Notes: generated by a model not told the origin, from the sequence alone. A DNA stretch of 47,076 nucleotides from Ktedonobacterales bacterium (GCA_025935235.1 JAICVT010000001.1:1-47076), one strand, 5' to 3'. Counted from the stretch's first letter, positions 8,731-18,036 are shown. Numbers and translations: made by a program.

Positions 8731-9942
8731 CTACTCGCGGGCGCGGCGCAACTGATCCAGCTCGGCCAGCTCCTTGACACGCTGGGCTTGCTCCTTGGCG
8801 CAGATCAGCAGGCCATCGGGCGTATCAACGATCACCAGCCCCTCGACGCCCGCTGTCGAGATGCGGCGTCCGGTCGTGCTGTAGATCAGCGTGTCGCGCG
8901 TGGCGGTCTGCAGGCAGCCGCCGCCGGGCGCGCTGGGGGTGGCGCGCTCCAGCCCGATCACCACGTTGCCCGCCTCATCCGGCGGGTAGAGCGTCGCCAC
9001 CTGGCTCCAGCTGCCGATGTCGTTCCAGCCGACCGCGATGGGGATGACCGCGATCTGGCTGGCCCGCTCCATCACCCCGACATCAATCGTGACATTCTCA
9101 CGCAGCCGTGGCCACGCCGCGCGCATCACGGCGGCCACCTCTGGCGTCATGCGCCCGCCTGACCGCTGGGCAGCGGCGCCGATCTCATCGAGCACGCCGC
9201 TGACGGCAGGCACATGCGCGCGCAGCTCGGCCAGGATGCGATCCACCCGCCAGACGAAGATGCCGGAGTTCCAGACGTAGTTGCCCGCCGCCAGATAGCC
9301 CTCGGCCACATCGCGCCGCGGCTTCTCGACAAACTGCTCGACCGCGTAGGCGCTCAGACTCGCTCTGCCCGTCTCCGTGTCAGGCTCAGCTTCACGCTCA
9401 GCGGCATGGGCAAGCGGAGCGCCATAGCGGATGTAGCCGTATCCTGTCTCGGCGTAGGTGGGGGTGATGCCCAGCGTGACGAGCGCGCCCTGCCGCGCCA
9501 CCTGCTCGGCGAAGCGCAGCGCGGCGCGGAAGCCCGGCGCGTCGGCGATGGCGTGGTCGGCGTGGAAGCTGCCCATCACAGCGTGCGGGTCGCGCGCGGC
9601 GATCAGCGTGGCGGCCAGCCCAATCGAGGCGGCGGTGCCGCGTCCGCTCGGCTCGGCGATGATGTGGGCGGGGTCCAGCTCAGGCGCCTGGGCGGCCACC
9701 GCCTGGGCGTAGGCGTCGAAGGTGACGACATAGAGGTGATCGGCGGGGATGAGCGGCGCGATGCGCGCGATAGTCTCTTGCAGCATGGTGCGCGGGCCAG
9801 GCAGCGGCAGGAATTGCTTGGGGTGGTCCTGTGCGCTGAGCGGCCAGAGTCGTGTGCCGCTGCCCCCGGCCAGGATTGAGGCGTACATCGGCGGCGTGGT
9901 TGGCTCTTCCCGCTGGCTTATCATGGGCGGCGTCGGCTGCAT
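8731..9942 (-). CDS. manC: Mannose-1-phosphate guanylyltransferase (GDP-mannose pyrophosphorylase)
   Basis: Nucleotidyltransferase N-terminal motif ILAGGSGTRLWPLS...HPKQFL, then a left-handed beta-helix-type C-terminal region. The start codon is uncertain (9942, 9924 or 9888). Confidence 0.85.
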   Translation of the reverse strand: MQPTPPMISQREEPTTPPMYASILAGGSGTRLWPLSAQDHPKQFLPLPGPRTMLQETIARIAPLIPADHLYVVTFDAYAQAVAAQAPELDPAHIIAEPSGRGTAASIGLAATLIAARDPHAVMGSFHADHAIADAPGFRAALRFAEQVARQGALVTLGITPTYAETGYGYIRYGAPLAHAAEREAEPDTETGRASLSAYAVEQFVEKPRRDVAEGYLAAGNYVWNSGIFVWRVDRILAELRAHVPAVSGVLDEIGAAAQRSGGRMTPEVAAVMRAAWPRLRENVTIDVGVMERASQIAVIPIAVGWNDIGSWSQVATLYPPDEAGNVVIGLERATPSAPGGGCLQTATRDTLIYSTTGRRISTAGVEGLVIVDTPDGLLICAKEQAQRVKELAELDQLRRARE

Positions 9943-10287
9943 AGCGGCGTTGCTCTCATCTTCCTGCTAGTGGATGGCTGCTGGATGGCGGGCATGGCGC
10001 ATCGCGGCCTCTCTCGACATATCTTCAAGGGAGTATACTCGCTCCCCCCGGCGCTGTCACGCGCGCCGTGACCGCCAGCCCAACGGAGCGCAACCCGCGC
10101 CGCTCGCCAGCCGTAGACCTCAGCAAGGAACCTGCCAGATGGGCCAGCATGAGGAATGCGCGTGGAAAAGGAGCATCGCCGTGAGCCGCCGAACGAAGCT
10201 GATCGCGCTGCTGCATATCGAGGGGCTGCTCGGCTGGCTGCTGCGCTACGTGCGCGCCGAGTTCGCCGCCTGAGCCAGCGCCATCAG

Positions 10288-10785
10288 CTACGCCGACGCC
10301 TCCTCCTCCGCACGGGCCAGCGCCTCGGGGCCGATGACGCGATGCTGGATCGGCGAGGAGAGCACCAGCGCGGTGTTGGATGAGCCGTGCGGCGCGAGCT
10401 TGTTGATCAGCGCTTGCAGATGCTCCACCGAGGAGACCACCGCTGTCAGCGTCATGCAGTCGTCGCCGGTGACACGGTGACACTCAATGATCTCGGGGCA
10501 GGACTTCATCAGCGCGATGGTGCGCTCCTCAGAGCGGTCCGCCGACTGGAAGCGCATGATGGTGGTCAGCCCCAGCCCTAGCCTGGCCGGGTTCACCACC
10601 GCGTGATAGCCCGTGATGACGCCAGCCAGCTCCAGCCGCCGGATGCGCTCGGCGACGGCGGGCGCGGTCAGCCCCACGCGCTTGCCCAGCTCCGCATACG
10701 AGAGGCGCGCGTTCTCCTGGAGGGCGCGTAGCAGCTCCCAGCCAGTGTCGTCCAGAAGACGCTCCGAATCGTTGGTCATGTCCAC
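10288..10785 (-). CDS. Lrp/AsnC-family transcriptional regulator
   Basis: HTH is LLRALQENARLSYAELGKRVGLTAPAVAERIRRLELAGVITGY, followed by a RAM/ACT-like domain. Divergent from a permease gene. Confidence 0.9.
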   Translation of the reverse strand: MDMTNDSERLLDDTGWELLRALQENARLSYAELGKRVGLTAPAVAERIRRLELAGVITGYHAVVNPARLGLGLTTIMRFQSADRSEERTIALMKSCPEIIECHRVTGDDCMTLTAVVSSVEHLQALINKLAPHGSSNTALVLSSPIQHRVIGPEALARAEEEASA

Positions 10786-10931
10786 TTCTCACTTTCCCTA
10801 TTGCGCAAAGTTCGCTGCTTTGGCTTCGATTTGCCCTTCTGGTCGCCATTTGTTCTTTTGTACCATATCATGGCGCGCCAACGATAGGCCACTGCCAGAA
10901 CAAGGCGCGCGATGGAGGTTGAGAGAACGAT

Positions 10932-12269
10932 ATGGCGACCGCGACGAGCCTGCGCAAACATCTCAGCGTCACCGATGGATTCGTGCTCTATACCAGCGCC
11001 GTGCTGGGCCAGAGCCTGATCGTGCTGCCCTCCATCGCCGCGCGGCAGGCCGGGCCGTGGTCCATCCTGGTCTGGATCGGGCTGGCCGCCGTCTCCTATC
11101 CCGTGGCGCGCATCATGGCCGAGCTGGGCGCGCGCTATCCCTCGGCGGGCGGGGTAATCGCCTTCATCAGCCAGGGGCTGGGCCAGCGCGTCGGCTGGCT
11201 GACCGGCACTCTCTATCTCACGGCCATCGCGGTCGGCGGGCCAGCCACCGCGCTGGTCTTCGCTGAGTATCTGGGGCAACTCGTCCCGCTGCCGGGCGCG
11301 TCGCGCTTCATCGTTGCGGCGGCGCTGCTGGGGCTGCTGGTCGTGGGAACCTGCTTCGATGTCTCGCGCATCATGCGCGTGCAGCGCTGGGGCTTCTTTG
11401 GCTGTCTGGCGGCGATCACCGTGGCGCTGCTGCTGGCCGTGCCGCATGTCACGACGGCGCGGCTGACCGATGTCAGCGGCTATACGCTGGCGGGCGTTGG
11501 GTCCACTGGCCTGATCTGCTTCTTCGCCTTCGTCGGCTGGGAGAACGCCGCCTTCTCCGGTGAGGAGTTCGCCGACCCGCGCACGCTGGTGAAGGCGCTG
11601 GGGCTGGCGGTGGCCGCCGTCGGCGTGCTCTTCACGCTGCTGGGCGTCACAGTCGTCGGCGCGCTCAGCCGCAGCGTGATCGCCAGCAGCGACGCCACGC
11701 TGGCCGATCTGACACGCCTCTCGCTGGGACTGCTGGCCACGCGCGTCGCCGCCGCCATCGCGGTGCTGTTGCTGCTGCTCTTCATGTTCACCTGGGCGCG
11801 CGCCGCCACCCGCCTGATCTACGCCCTGGCGCGCGATGGCCTGCTGCCCGCCGGGCTGGCGCGCATCCACGCCGCCAGCGGGACACCGCGCGGCGCGGCG
11901 CTGGCGCTGGCCATCGGCTGGGGCGTCGCGCTGATCGCGCAATATGTCTTCGACGTCTCCATCGAGGCCTACATCCAGCTCTCCAGCGGCGCCTTCCTGC
12001 TGACCTATGTGCTGATCCTGCTGGCGGCGTGGCGGCTGCTCTTCGCGCGGCGCTGGCTGCCCGCGCTGGTGATCGCCTCGCTGGCGATTGGCGCGCTGGT
12101 GGTGGCGGGCTACCAGAGCCTGTGGTATGCGCTGGCAGCCGCTGTCCTCTTCGCCCTGGCGATGGCCATCCGCGCGGCCCTCACTGGCCCCCGGCGCGAC
12201 CTCACCCCCCGACCCCCTCTCTCAGAGGGCGAGGGGGAGTTGGTTTCGAGCGGGCGCGGCGCCGCGTGA
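10932..12269 (+). CDS. APC-superfamily amino acid permease
   Basis: 445 aa with about 12 predicted TM helices and the GWENAAFSGEEFADP motif typical of APC transporters. The last roughly 25 codons read through a dispersed repeat copy. Confidence 0.85.
   Translation: MATATSLRKHLSVTDGFVLYTSAVLGQSLIVLPSIAARQAGPWSILVWIGLAAVSYPVARIMAELGARYPSAGGVIAFISQGLGQRVGWLTGTLYLTAIAVGGPATALVFAEYLGQLVPLPGASRFIVAAALLGLLVVGTCFDVSRIMRVQRWGFFGCLAAITVALLLAVPHVTTARLTDVSGYTLAGVGSTGLICFFAFVGWENAAFSGEEFADPRTLVKALGLAVAAVGVLFTLLGVTVVGALSRSVIASSDATLADLTRLSLGLLATRVAAAIAVLLLLLFMFTWARAATRLIYALARDGLLPAGLARIHAASGTPRGAALALAIGWGVALIAQYVFDVSIEAYIQLSSGAFLLTYVLILLAAWRLLFARRWLPALVIASLAIGALVVAGYQSLWYALAAAVLFALAMAIRAALTGPRRDLTPRPPLSEGEGELVSSGRGAA
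12195..12239 (-). repeat. GC-rich palindromic dispersed repeat (family copy 3, inverted orientation), inside the permease 3' end
   Basis: cgcgacctcaccccccgaccccctctctcagagggcgagggggag is the reverse complement of the family consensus. Confidence 0.85.
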
Positions 12270-12307
12270 TACTGCTTGACGCCCCACATCTCCTTTTCAC
12301 ACGCAGG

Positions 12308-12339
12308 GGCAGGCGTTCGCTGAAGAGCGAACACCTGCC
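12308..12339. terminator. Terminator-like hairpin between convergent genes
   Basis: ggcaggcgttcgct / agcgaacacctgcc forms a 14-bp stem with one mismatch and the loop gaag. It is followed by cttgctcttctc. Confidence 0.55.
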
Positions 12340-12361
12340 CTTGCTCTTCTCACCCGACCGA

Positions 12362-14236
12362 CTAGCAGCCCAGCACGGCCTGGATATTCTTTGCCGCCGC
12401 GCTCAACTGGTTGGCTTGCGCAGCCGTCAAGCCCTTGCCGCTCTGCCCCTGCACGTGCACGATGAAGTCGCTCAGGTTGGCGCAGGCATTCGCTGTCTGC
12501 CCACCATTGATCTCGCTGCGGATCTCGGTGAGTTCCTCGTCGTAGCTGTTCTGCAACGCCGTGCGCAGATGCATCCCGTTGACTGTCGCGAGCAGATTGC
12601 TCACCTGCGCCGCCGCCCCCAGCACCATCACGGTGAAGCTGGCCTGGACGGGACTGTTGCTATCGTCGCTGTCATTGACCGAGCAGGTGACCGTCGTCTG
12701 GCCGATGGCGAAAGGCGAGCCAGAGGCGGGCGTGCAGCTAACAGTGGGTAGCGGGCTGTCCTCGTCCACCACGGTCGGCGGACTATAGGTGACGACTGCG
12801 CCAGCAGGGCTGGTAGCGTTCACGGTCAGATTGGCTGGCACGTTGGTAAGGGCCAGGTCTTTATCGCTGACGGGATCCTGGTACTCATAGGCGCCGATGT
12901 CGCAGGCCGTCTCGCCGTTGTCCGGGCGGCTCACACCACGCTGGTCAATCGTGGGACAACTGGCCACGGGTATCTGATCAATGGCTGGGCTGCTGGACTG
13001 CAAGGCGAGAGTCTGGGTTGGCCCGCCGTTGTTGGCCAACCCAGAGGCCAGCAGGGGATTGGTATTTTGCAGGCTGCCCACGCTGGTGAAGCCACAGTCG
13101 GAGCCGCTCTCCAGGTTATAGCCCTGATCGGCTCCGATGGGGAATGCGCAGTTGTTCGGGCTGCCGCCTGCGCTGTTGTCCGCCACGATGCTCCCAGCAC
13201 TATCCAACCCTGTAATATCGCCGAGGCCGCCGCCCTTGCCGCTGCTGGATGCTGTGTTATAGGCGACGGTGCTGTTGTTCAGGGACAGCACGCCATCAGA
13301 GAAGATGCCGCCGCCCTCCTGCGCCTGGTTAAAGGCGAAGGTGCTGTTGCTCACGGTCGGCATGCCGCCTTCATTGGCGATGCCGCCGCCGATTCCCATG
13401 CCGGGCGCCTGGTTAAAGGCGAAGGCGCTGGTGCTCACGGACATCGCGCCGCCATTATTGAAGATGCCGCCGCCGCCGACCTGCGCCTGGTTAAAGGCGA
13501 AGGCGCTGCTGGTCACGGTCAGCACGCCACCTCCATCGTTGTAGATGCCGCCGCCAAAGTTGGATGCTGTGTTATTGATGACGCTGCTGTTGTCCAGGGT
13601 CAGTTGGCCCGAATTGTAGATGCCGCCGCCGCTGGACGCTTGGCTCCCGATGATGGTGATGTTGATCAGGTTTACCGCGGAGCCCTCATTGTCGATGGCG
13701 CCGCCGTTGCCCGCAGCGATTCCACCCTGGATGGTGAGGTTGTCGAGAGCGAGATTGGCGCCGCTCTGCGCCTCGATGTCTTGCACGATGCCGCCGCCAT
13801 CCAGCGCCACCTGCTGGTTCGTCCCATCAATGGTCAGGGGGCTGATGGTGGTGATATCGAGCGTCTTATCCAGGTGGAGGTCTTGGGCGCCGCTGCTGTT
13901 GCAGTTAAAATTGATCACACCGCCGCCGTTGGTCTGCGCATTGGTGAGCGCGGTATCCAAATTAAGGCCAGTCCCACTGACGGCAGCGTTGGCGCTGGTA
14001 CAATCGGTCACCGTGTAGACGCTGGGAGCGCCGTGGATGGCTGGGGCCAACGCGAGGTTCAGGATCACCACCCCCACCACGAGCAGGGCAGCCAGTCCCA
14101 CCTGACCTCGCGTCCGGCGGGGCCTGCTCCCGGGTAACAGCCGCCCAATGCCAGCATCTCCGTTCGGCTCGTTCGATTCGCGAGCGCCGCCGACGCGCCA
14201 CCCGCGTGTCCTGATGGATCTGATAAACCCTCGCAT
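12362..14236 (-). CDS. Secreted right-handed beta-helix repeat protein with HYR-like Ig domain and helical C-terminal module
   Basis: Signal-anchor VGLAALLVVGVVILNLALAPAIHG. Many GGGI(Y/F)N rungs, including three near-identical AFAFNQA(Q/P) units. HYR-like segment is LTNVPANLTVNATSPAGAVVTYSPPTVVDEDSPLPTVSCTPASGSPFAIGQTTVTCSV. The ORF is open to 14527, but GGAG lies 8 nt before the ATG at 14236 and the upstream extension is not protein-like. Confidence 0.75.
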   Translation of the reverse strand: MRGFIRSIRTRGWRVGGARESNEPNGDAGIGRLLPGSRPRRTRGQVGLAALLVVGVVILNLALAPAIHGAPSVYTVTDCTSANAAVSGTGLNLDTALTNAQTNGGGVINFNCNSSGAQDLHLDKTLDITTISPLTIDGTNQQVALDGGGIVQDIEAQSGANLALDNLTIQGGIAAGNGGAIDNEGSAVNLINITIIGSQASSGGGIYNSGQLTLDNSSVINNTASNFGGGIYNDGGGVLTVTSSAFAFNQAQVGGGGIFNNGGAMSVSTSAFAFNQAPGMGIGGGIANEGGMPTVSNSTFAFNQAQEGGGIFSDGVLSLNNSTVAYNTASSSGKGGGLGDITGLDSAGSIVADNSAGGSPNNCAFPIGADQGYNLESGSDCGFTSVGSLQNTNPLLASGLANNGGPTQTLALQSSSPAIDQIPVASCPTIDQRGVSRPDNGETACDIGAYEYQDPVSDKDLALTNVPANLTVNATSPAGAVVTYSPPTVVDEDSPLPTVSCTPASGSPFAIGQTTVTCSVNDSDDSNSPVQASFTVMVLGAAAQVSNLLATVNGMHLRTALQNSYDEELTEIRSEINGGQTANACANLSDFIVHVQGQSGKGLTAAQANQLSAAAKNIQAVLGC

Positions 14237-14648
14237 CACACCTGCTCCGTTTCTCCTGCCGCGCGCCAGGCTCGTCGCCTTGTCCTGCGCAGCTCTCTCT
14301 GGCCACCTGGCCACTTGCCTCTTGTGCGCTTGCCACTGGTGCGCTTGCCACCTGGCGCCAGGCTCCACGGCTCTCGACCCCCACCCCTCCGCATCGAGTG
14401 ATATGTCTGGTCCGCCTCGCGCCGACCAGGAGGGTGGCGGCGTCGCGGCTGCCGCAGACGGAGGCAGCCGCGAATGGAGAGGGAGTAACTGCTGCGTGCG
14501 GGGGATGAGGATCTGTAACGTCGCCACGCCACTGTGGCATCAACGTGGTAATAGACCTAGTATGGAGGCGCGCCATCAAGCGTGCTTGGGTGGTTCTGCC
14601 CATTTTTTTGCCTGGATCGCTGACGTAGTTGGCGCGGCTCGTCCGCAG

Positions 14649-14681
14649 AGATGTTCCCACGATGTTCCCACGATGTTCCCA
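14649..14681. repeat. 11-nt direct tandem repeat x3 (gatgttcccac)
   Basis: Copies at 14649-14659, 14660-14670 and 14671-14681. Intergenic. Confidence 0.9.
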
Positions 14682-14788
14682 AGGGCGTATCCAGGACGCC
14701 CAGCGGCGCGGTCGCGCGACGGAAGGCTGTCGGCGTCAGTGGTGATCTGGCGTCGCGCCAGGGGGAGGGGACGCGCATGGCCCGCGCG

Positions 14789-17545
14789 CTAGAGCAGGCT
14801 GCGCTCCAGAGCGAAGCGGGTTGCGGCGGCGCGCGAAGTCACCTCCAGCTTGCTATAGAGCGAGGCGACGTGGTGATTGACGGTCCGTGGGCTGACCACC
14901 AGTTGACGCGCGATTTGCGCGTCGGTCAAGCCCTCAGCGAGCAGGCGCAACACGTCCAGCTCGCGGCGTGTCAGGTGCTCAGCGCCGACGCGTACTGCGC
15001 CTCGGTCCGCGACCGGAGCGTCCTCATCAGCTGAACTGCGGCCCTCGCCGCCCGCCAGCGCCGAGGCGTCAACGAGCGCCTCGGCAAATATCTCCTGCGG
15101 CGTCAACCGCTGGCCCGCCGCGAACGCCGCAGCCCACGGCTCAGCGCGCGCCGCCGCGCGGATGGGCGCCACCAGCGTTTCCCTGCGCAACTGCTCCATC
15201 GCCGCGTAGGGTTGCCGAAGCGTCTCCCACATCTGCGTCGCCGCGCCCAGCAGCCGCGCGCCGCGCTCCTGCTGGCCCCGCTGTACACATGCGACTGCCA
15301 GCAGATCCAGCGCCACGATCACGTCCCAGGGGCGCCAGCCGGTCGCCCAGTTGCTCTCGCGCGCCACCGCCAGCGCCTCCCCCAGCAGTACCGCCGCGCG
15401 CGGCGCCTGGCCCTGCCACAGCGCCACCTCGCCGAGCTGAACCAAAAACGCGGCCGCGTACTGCCGCCGCCCGGCTGCGCGCGCCACGTTCAGCGCTTCG
15501 GTGAATCGGGCTGTCGCCTCGTCCCAGCGCTGCTCCGCACAGGCGAGGCCCCCCAGGCCCCCGAGTGCGGTGAAGATTGCCAGCGCATCCTCGTTCGTGC
15601 GCGCCAGCGCCAGTGCCTCCTCGTAGCACGCCTGCGCCTGGCGAGGTTTCCCCTGCAGGTCTGCGGCGAGACCTATGAGAAGAAGCCCAATCACCTGCGC
15701 CAGCCAGTCGTCCACCACGCGGGCCAGGCGAAGCCCCGCATCCAGCGCGGCGAGCGCTGGGCCGATCTGCCGCAGAGCCGCCAACAATGCGCCGCTGATG
15801 GTGAGCGCACGCGCTCGCAGCCAGGTCGGGATGCTGGCTGTCTCGGGTGGCGCCAGCGCCAGCAGCGTCTCGATCCACTGCTGCCCCTCGCTCAGGTAGC
15901 CCGCTTCGGTCCAGAACCGCCAGAGCGCCGTCGCCAGGCGCAGGCCAAGCTCCGTCTCGCCGGTGGCGCGCGCCCACTGGAGCGCCGCGCGCACATTGCC
16001 CAGCTCACGCTCTACTCGCTTCATCCAGGCGATGTCGTCTGGCCCGCGCAGCTCTGGCTCAGCCTCCTCGGCGAACGCCAACATATAGCGCGCGTGGGCG
16101 CGGCGCATAGCCTCCGCCTCGCCGCTGGCCTCCAACTGCTCCAGCGCGAACTCTCGTACGACGTGGAGCATCTCGAAGCGTGGTATCTCCGCCGCCCAGT
16201 CCTCGCCCACGCGCTGGGCGATCAGGCTCTGATCGAGCAACTCACCCAGGCCGGTCAGGGTGTCCAGACGCAGCGCCGCCGCGCCAGATGGGGTCTGGCA
16301 CACGACCTTCGCCGCATCCAACGTCCAGCCATCCGCAAATACTGCCAGACGCCCAAAGAGACTCCGGCTCCCGGCGTCGAGCAGGTCATAGCTCCAGGCG
16401 ATGGCTGCGCGCATCGTCCGTTGCCGCGTGGGTAAATCGGCCGCCCCAGCCGTCAGCAAGGGCAGTCGGTGTTCCAGTTGCGCCAGCATCGAAGCCGGGG
16501 AGAGCAGGCGCGCCCAGGTCGCCGCCAGTTCGATGCCCAGGGGCAAGCCGTCCAGTCGGGCGCAGATGTCGGCGATGAGAGGCGCGCTCGCGTTGGTCAC
16601 AGGGAAGTCCGGACGAACCGCCCGCGCCCGTTGGAGGAACAACGCCGTCGCCGCATAGTGATCCAATTGCTCAGCGCTGATACGGCCATGCCCACTGGGA
16701 GGAGTGGGAAGCAGCGCGACCGGGTAGACGTGTTCGCCACGGAGACGCAGTGGCGCCCGACTGGTGACCAGCGCCCTCAATCCGGCGCTCGACTCCAGCA
16801 GCTCGGCGATCTGGGGGGCGGCTGCGGCCACCTGCTCGAAGTTGTCCAGCAGCAGGAGCAGCGATTTGTCGCGCAGAAAGCCGCGAAGCACATCTGCGAT
16901 GGGCGCGCCGCCGCTTTCGTTCAGCCCCAGCGCCTGGGCAATCGTGGAAACGACCACCGCTGGGTCAGTCAGTGGCGCCAGCGGCGCCAGCCAGACGCCA
17001 TCGGGAAAGATGTCCTCGGCGCGCTGGAGCGCCCAGGCCGCCTCGAGCGCCAGGCGCGTCTTGCCAACACCCCCCGGCCCGGTGAGGGTGATGAGCCGTG
17101 TTTCCTTCCTCTGCAACAGCGCCGCCAACTCCTCCAGCTCGCGCTCTCGCCCAAGCAGCGGAGTTGGCGCCAGCGGGAGGTTGTGCGGCGGCTTCGCAGG
17201 CGTGTCCAGCGCCGCAGTCGGAAGCGTGGTGTCCAGCGGCACGATACTCGGCTGCGCGCGTGGAAGCAGGATGAGAGCGCCGCGCCCCGCCGCGACGAAC
17301 CCAGCGCGCGTCTCAGGATCAAGGCCGAGGGCGTTGGCGAGACGCTCAATCGTGCGCGTGTGTGGGGCCTTGCGATATCCCAGCTCGAGTGCGCTGATAG
17401 CGCGCCGGCTCAATCCCGTGCGCTGGGCTAACTCTTGCAGCGTCAGGCCCACTGCCAGCCGATAGGTTCGGAGCAAGGAGCCAAAGCGCGCAGCGCCGCT
17501 CGCCAGACCGCCTCGTAGCGGCTGTAGCGTCTCACGGGTCTCCAC
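14789..17545 (-). CDS. STAND-type regulator: XRE-HTH + P-loop NTPase (NB-ARC/AAA-like) + TPR + C-terminal LuxR HTH
   Basis: XRE HTH is GLTLQELAQRTGLSRRAISALELG. Walker A is LTGPGGVGKTRLA and Walker B is LLLLDNFEQ. A long helical TPR-like region follows. LuxR HTH is LTRRELDVLRLLAEGLTDAQIARQLVVSPRTVNHHVASLYSKL. GTG start with AGGAGG 8 nt upstream. Confidence 0.9.
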   Translation of the reverse strand: METRETLQPLRGGLASGAARFGSLLRTYRLAVGLTLQELAQRTGLSRRAISALELGYRKAPHTRTIERLANALGLDPETRAGFVAAGRGALILLPRAQPSIVPLDTTLPTAALDTPAKPPHNLPLAPTPLLGRERELEELAALLQRKETRLITLTGPGGVGKTRLALEAAWALQRAEDIFPDGVWLAPLAPLTDPAVVVSTIAQALGLNESGGAPIADVLRGFLRDKSLLLLLDNFEQVAAAAPQIAELLESSAGLRALVTSRAPLRLRGEHVYPVALLPTPPSGHGRISAEQLDHYAATALFLQRARAVRPDFPVTNASAPLIADICARLDGLPLGIELAATWARLLSPASMLAQLEHRLPLLTAGAADLPTRQRTMRAAIAWSYDLLDAGSRSLFGRLAVFADGWTLDAAKVVCQTPSGAAALRLDTLTGLGELLDQSLIAQRVGEDWAAEIPRFEMLHVVREFALEQLEASGEAEAMRRAHARYMLAFAEEAEPELRGPDDIAWMKRVERELGNVRAALQWARATGETELGLRLATALWRFWTEAGYLSEGQQWIETLLALAPPETASIPTWLRARALTISGALLAALRQIGPALAALDAGLRLARVVDDWLAQVIGLLLIGLAADLQGKPRQAQACYEEALALARTNEDALAIFTALGGLGGLACAEQRWDEATARFTEALNVARAAGRRQYAAAFLVQLGEVALWQGQAPRAAVLLGEALAVARESNWATGWRPWDVIVALDLLAVACVQRGQQERGARLLGAATQMWETLRQPYAAMEQLRRETLVAPIRAAARAEPWAAAFAAGQRLTPQEIFAEALVDASALAGGEGRSSADEDAPVADRGAVRVGAEHLTRRELDVLRLLAEGLTDAQIARQLVVSPRTVNHHVASLYSKLEVTSRAAATRFALERSLL

Positions 17546-17754
17546 GGGCGCTACCTCCTGCCGTCCAATCGTCCCTTGCTGGGCTCTACGGAGTTCCCTC
17601 CGATACGAAGCAGACGAGAACCCGCGTATCGCGATACTTCGTATGGACTAAGAACGGTCAAGTATGCCCCGAAGTTATGTGCATCCGTTCACAGGTCATT
17701 GCTCTGACCACATGTTGAGACGCATGGCGCAGGGAAGTTGGTCGTGAGAGGGCG

Positions 17755-17834
17755 CTGTCCTCTTCGCCCTGGCGATGGCCGTGCGCTCCCTCATCGCCAG
17801 CGCTCGCCGCGCCGCGCTGAGCCTGGAGCGCTGA
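17755..17834 (+). pseudogene. Remnant of the 3' end of an APC-permease paralogue (27 codons + stop)
   Basis: gctgtcctcttcgccctggcgatggcc is identical to 12137-12163 in the intact permease. It translates AVLFALAMAVRSLIASARRAALSLER* versus AVLFALAMAIRAAL... in the permease. An in-frame stop lies immediately upstream. Confidence 0.6.
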
Positions 17835-17854
17835 GACAGCATCCTCGCCTCCGG

Positions 17855-17898
17855 CTCCCACTCTCCTCGCGGGAGAGGGGGCTGGGGGGTGAGGTTCC
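17855..17898 (+). repeat. GC-rich palindromic dispersed repeat (family copy 4)
   Basis: ctcccactctcctcgcgggagagggggctggggggtgaggttcc. Confidence 0.85.
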
Positions 17899-17912
17899 TC
17901 CACTCTCACCAC

Positions 17913-17941
17913 TTGACGTAGCCCTCACTCTTGCGTAATGT
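17913..17941 (+). promoter_or_regulatory. Candidate sigma-70-type promoter for the arsR-ino1 unit
   Basis: TTGACG (17913-17918), 17-nt spacer, TAATGT (17936-17941), in a locally AT-rich stretch. Confidence 0.4.
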
Positions 17942-17958
17942 ATAAAGCGACGTTTATA
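17941..17958. promoter_or_regulatory. Candidate operator palindrome TATAAA-N6-TTTATA
   Basis: Perfect inverted repeat tataaagcgacgtttata. It overlaps the predicted -10/TSS directly upstream of the ArsR-family gene. Confidence 0.35.
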
Positions 17959-18036
17959 TAGCGTCCCTTTATGAGTCACTTCCAACCCCGCGCGACATTG
18001 TGCGGGCGCGGAAGTCGAAGAGGGAAGCGACGACGC

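Noticed and set aside
14237-14527. The 97-codon N-terminal extension of the beta-helix protein ORF (start at 14527).
   Set aside because: The extension (MATLQILIPRTQQLLPLHSRLPPSAAAATPPPSW...) is not protein-like and has no RBS. The ATG at 14236 has GGAG 8 nt upstream and is followed by a signal-anchor sequence.
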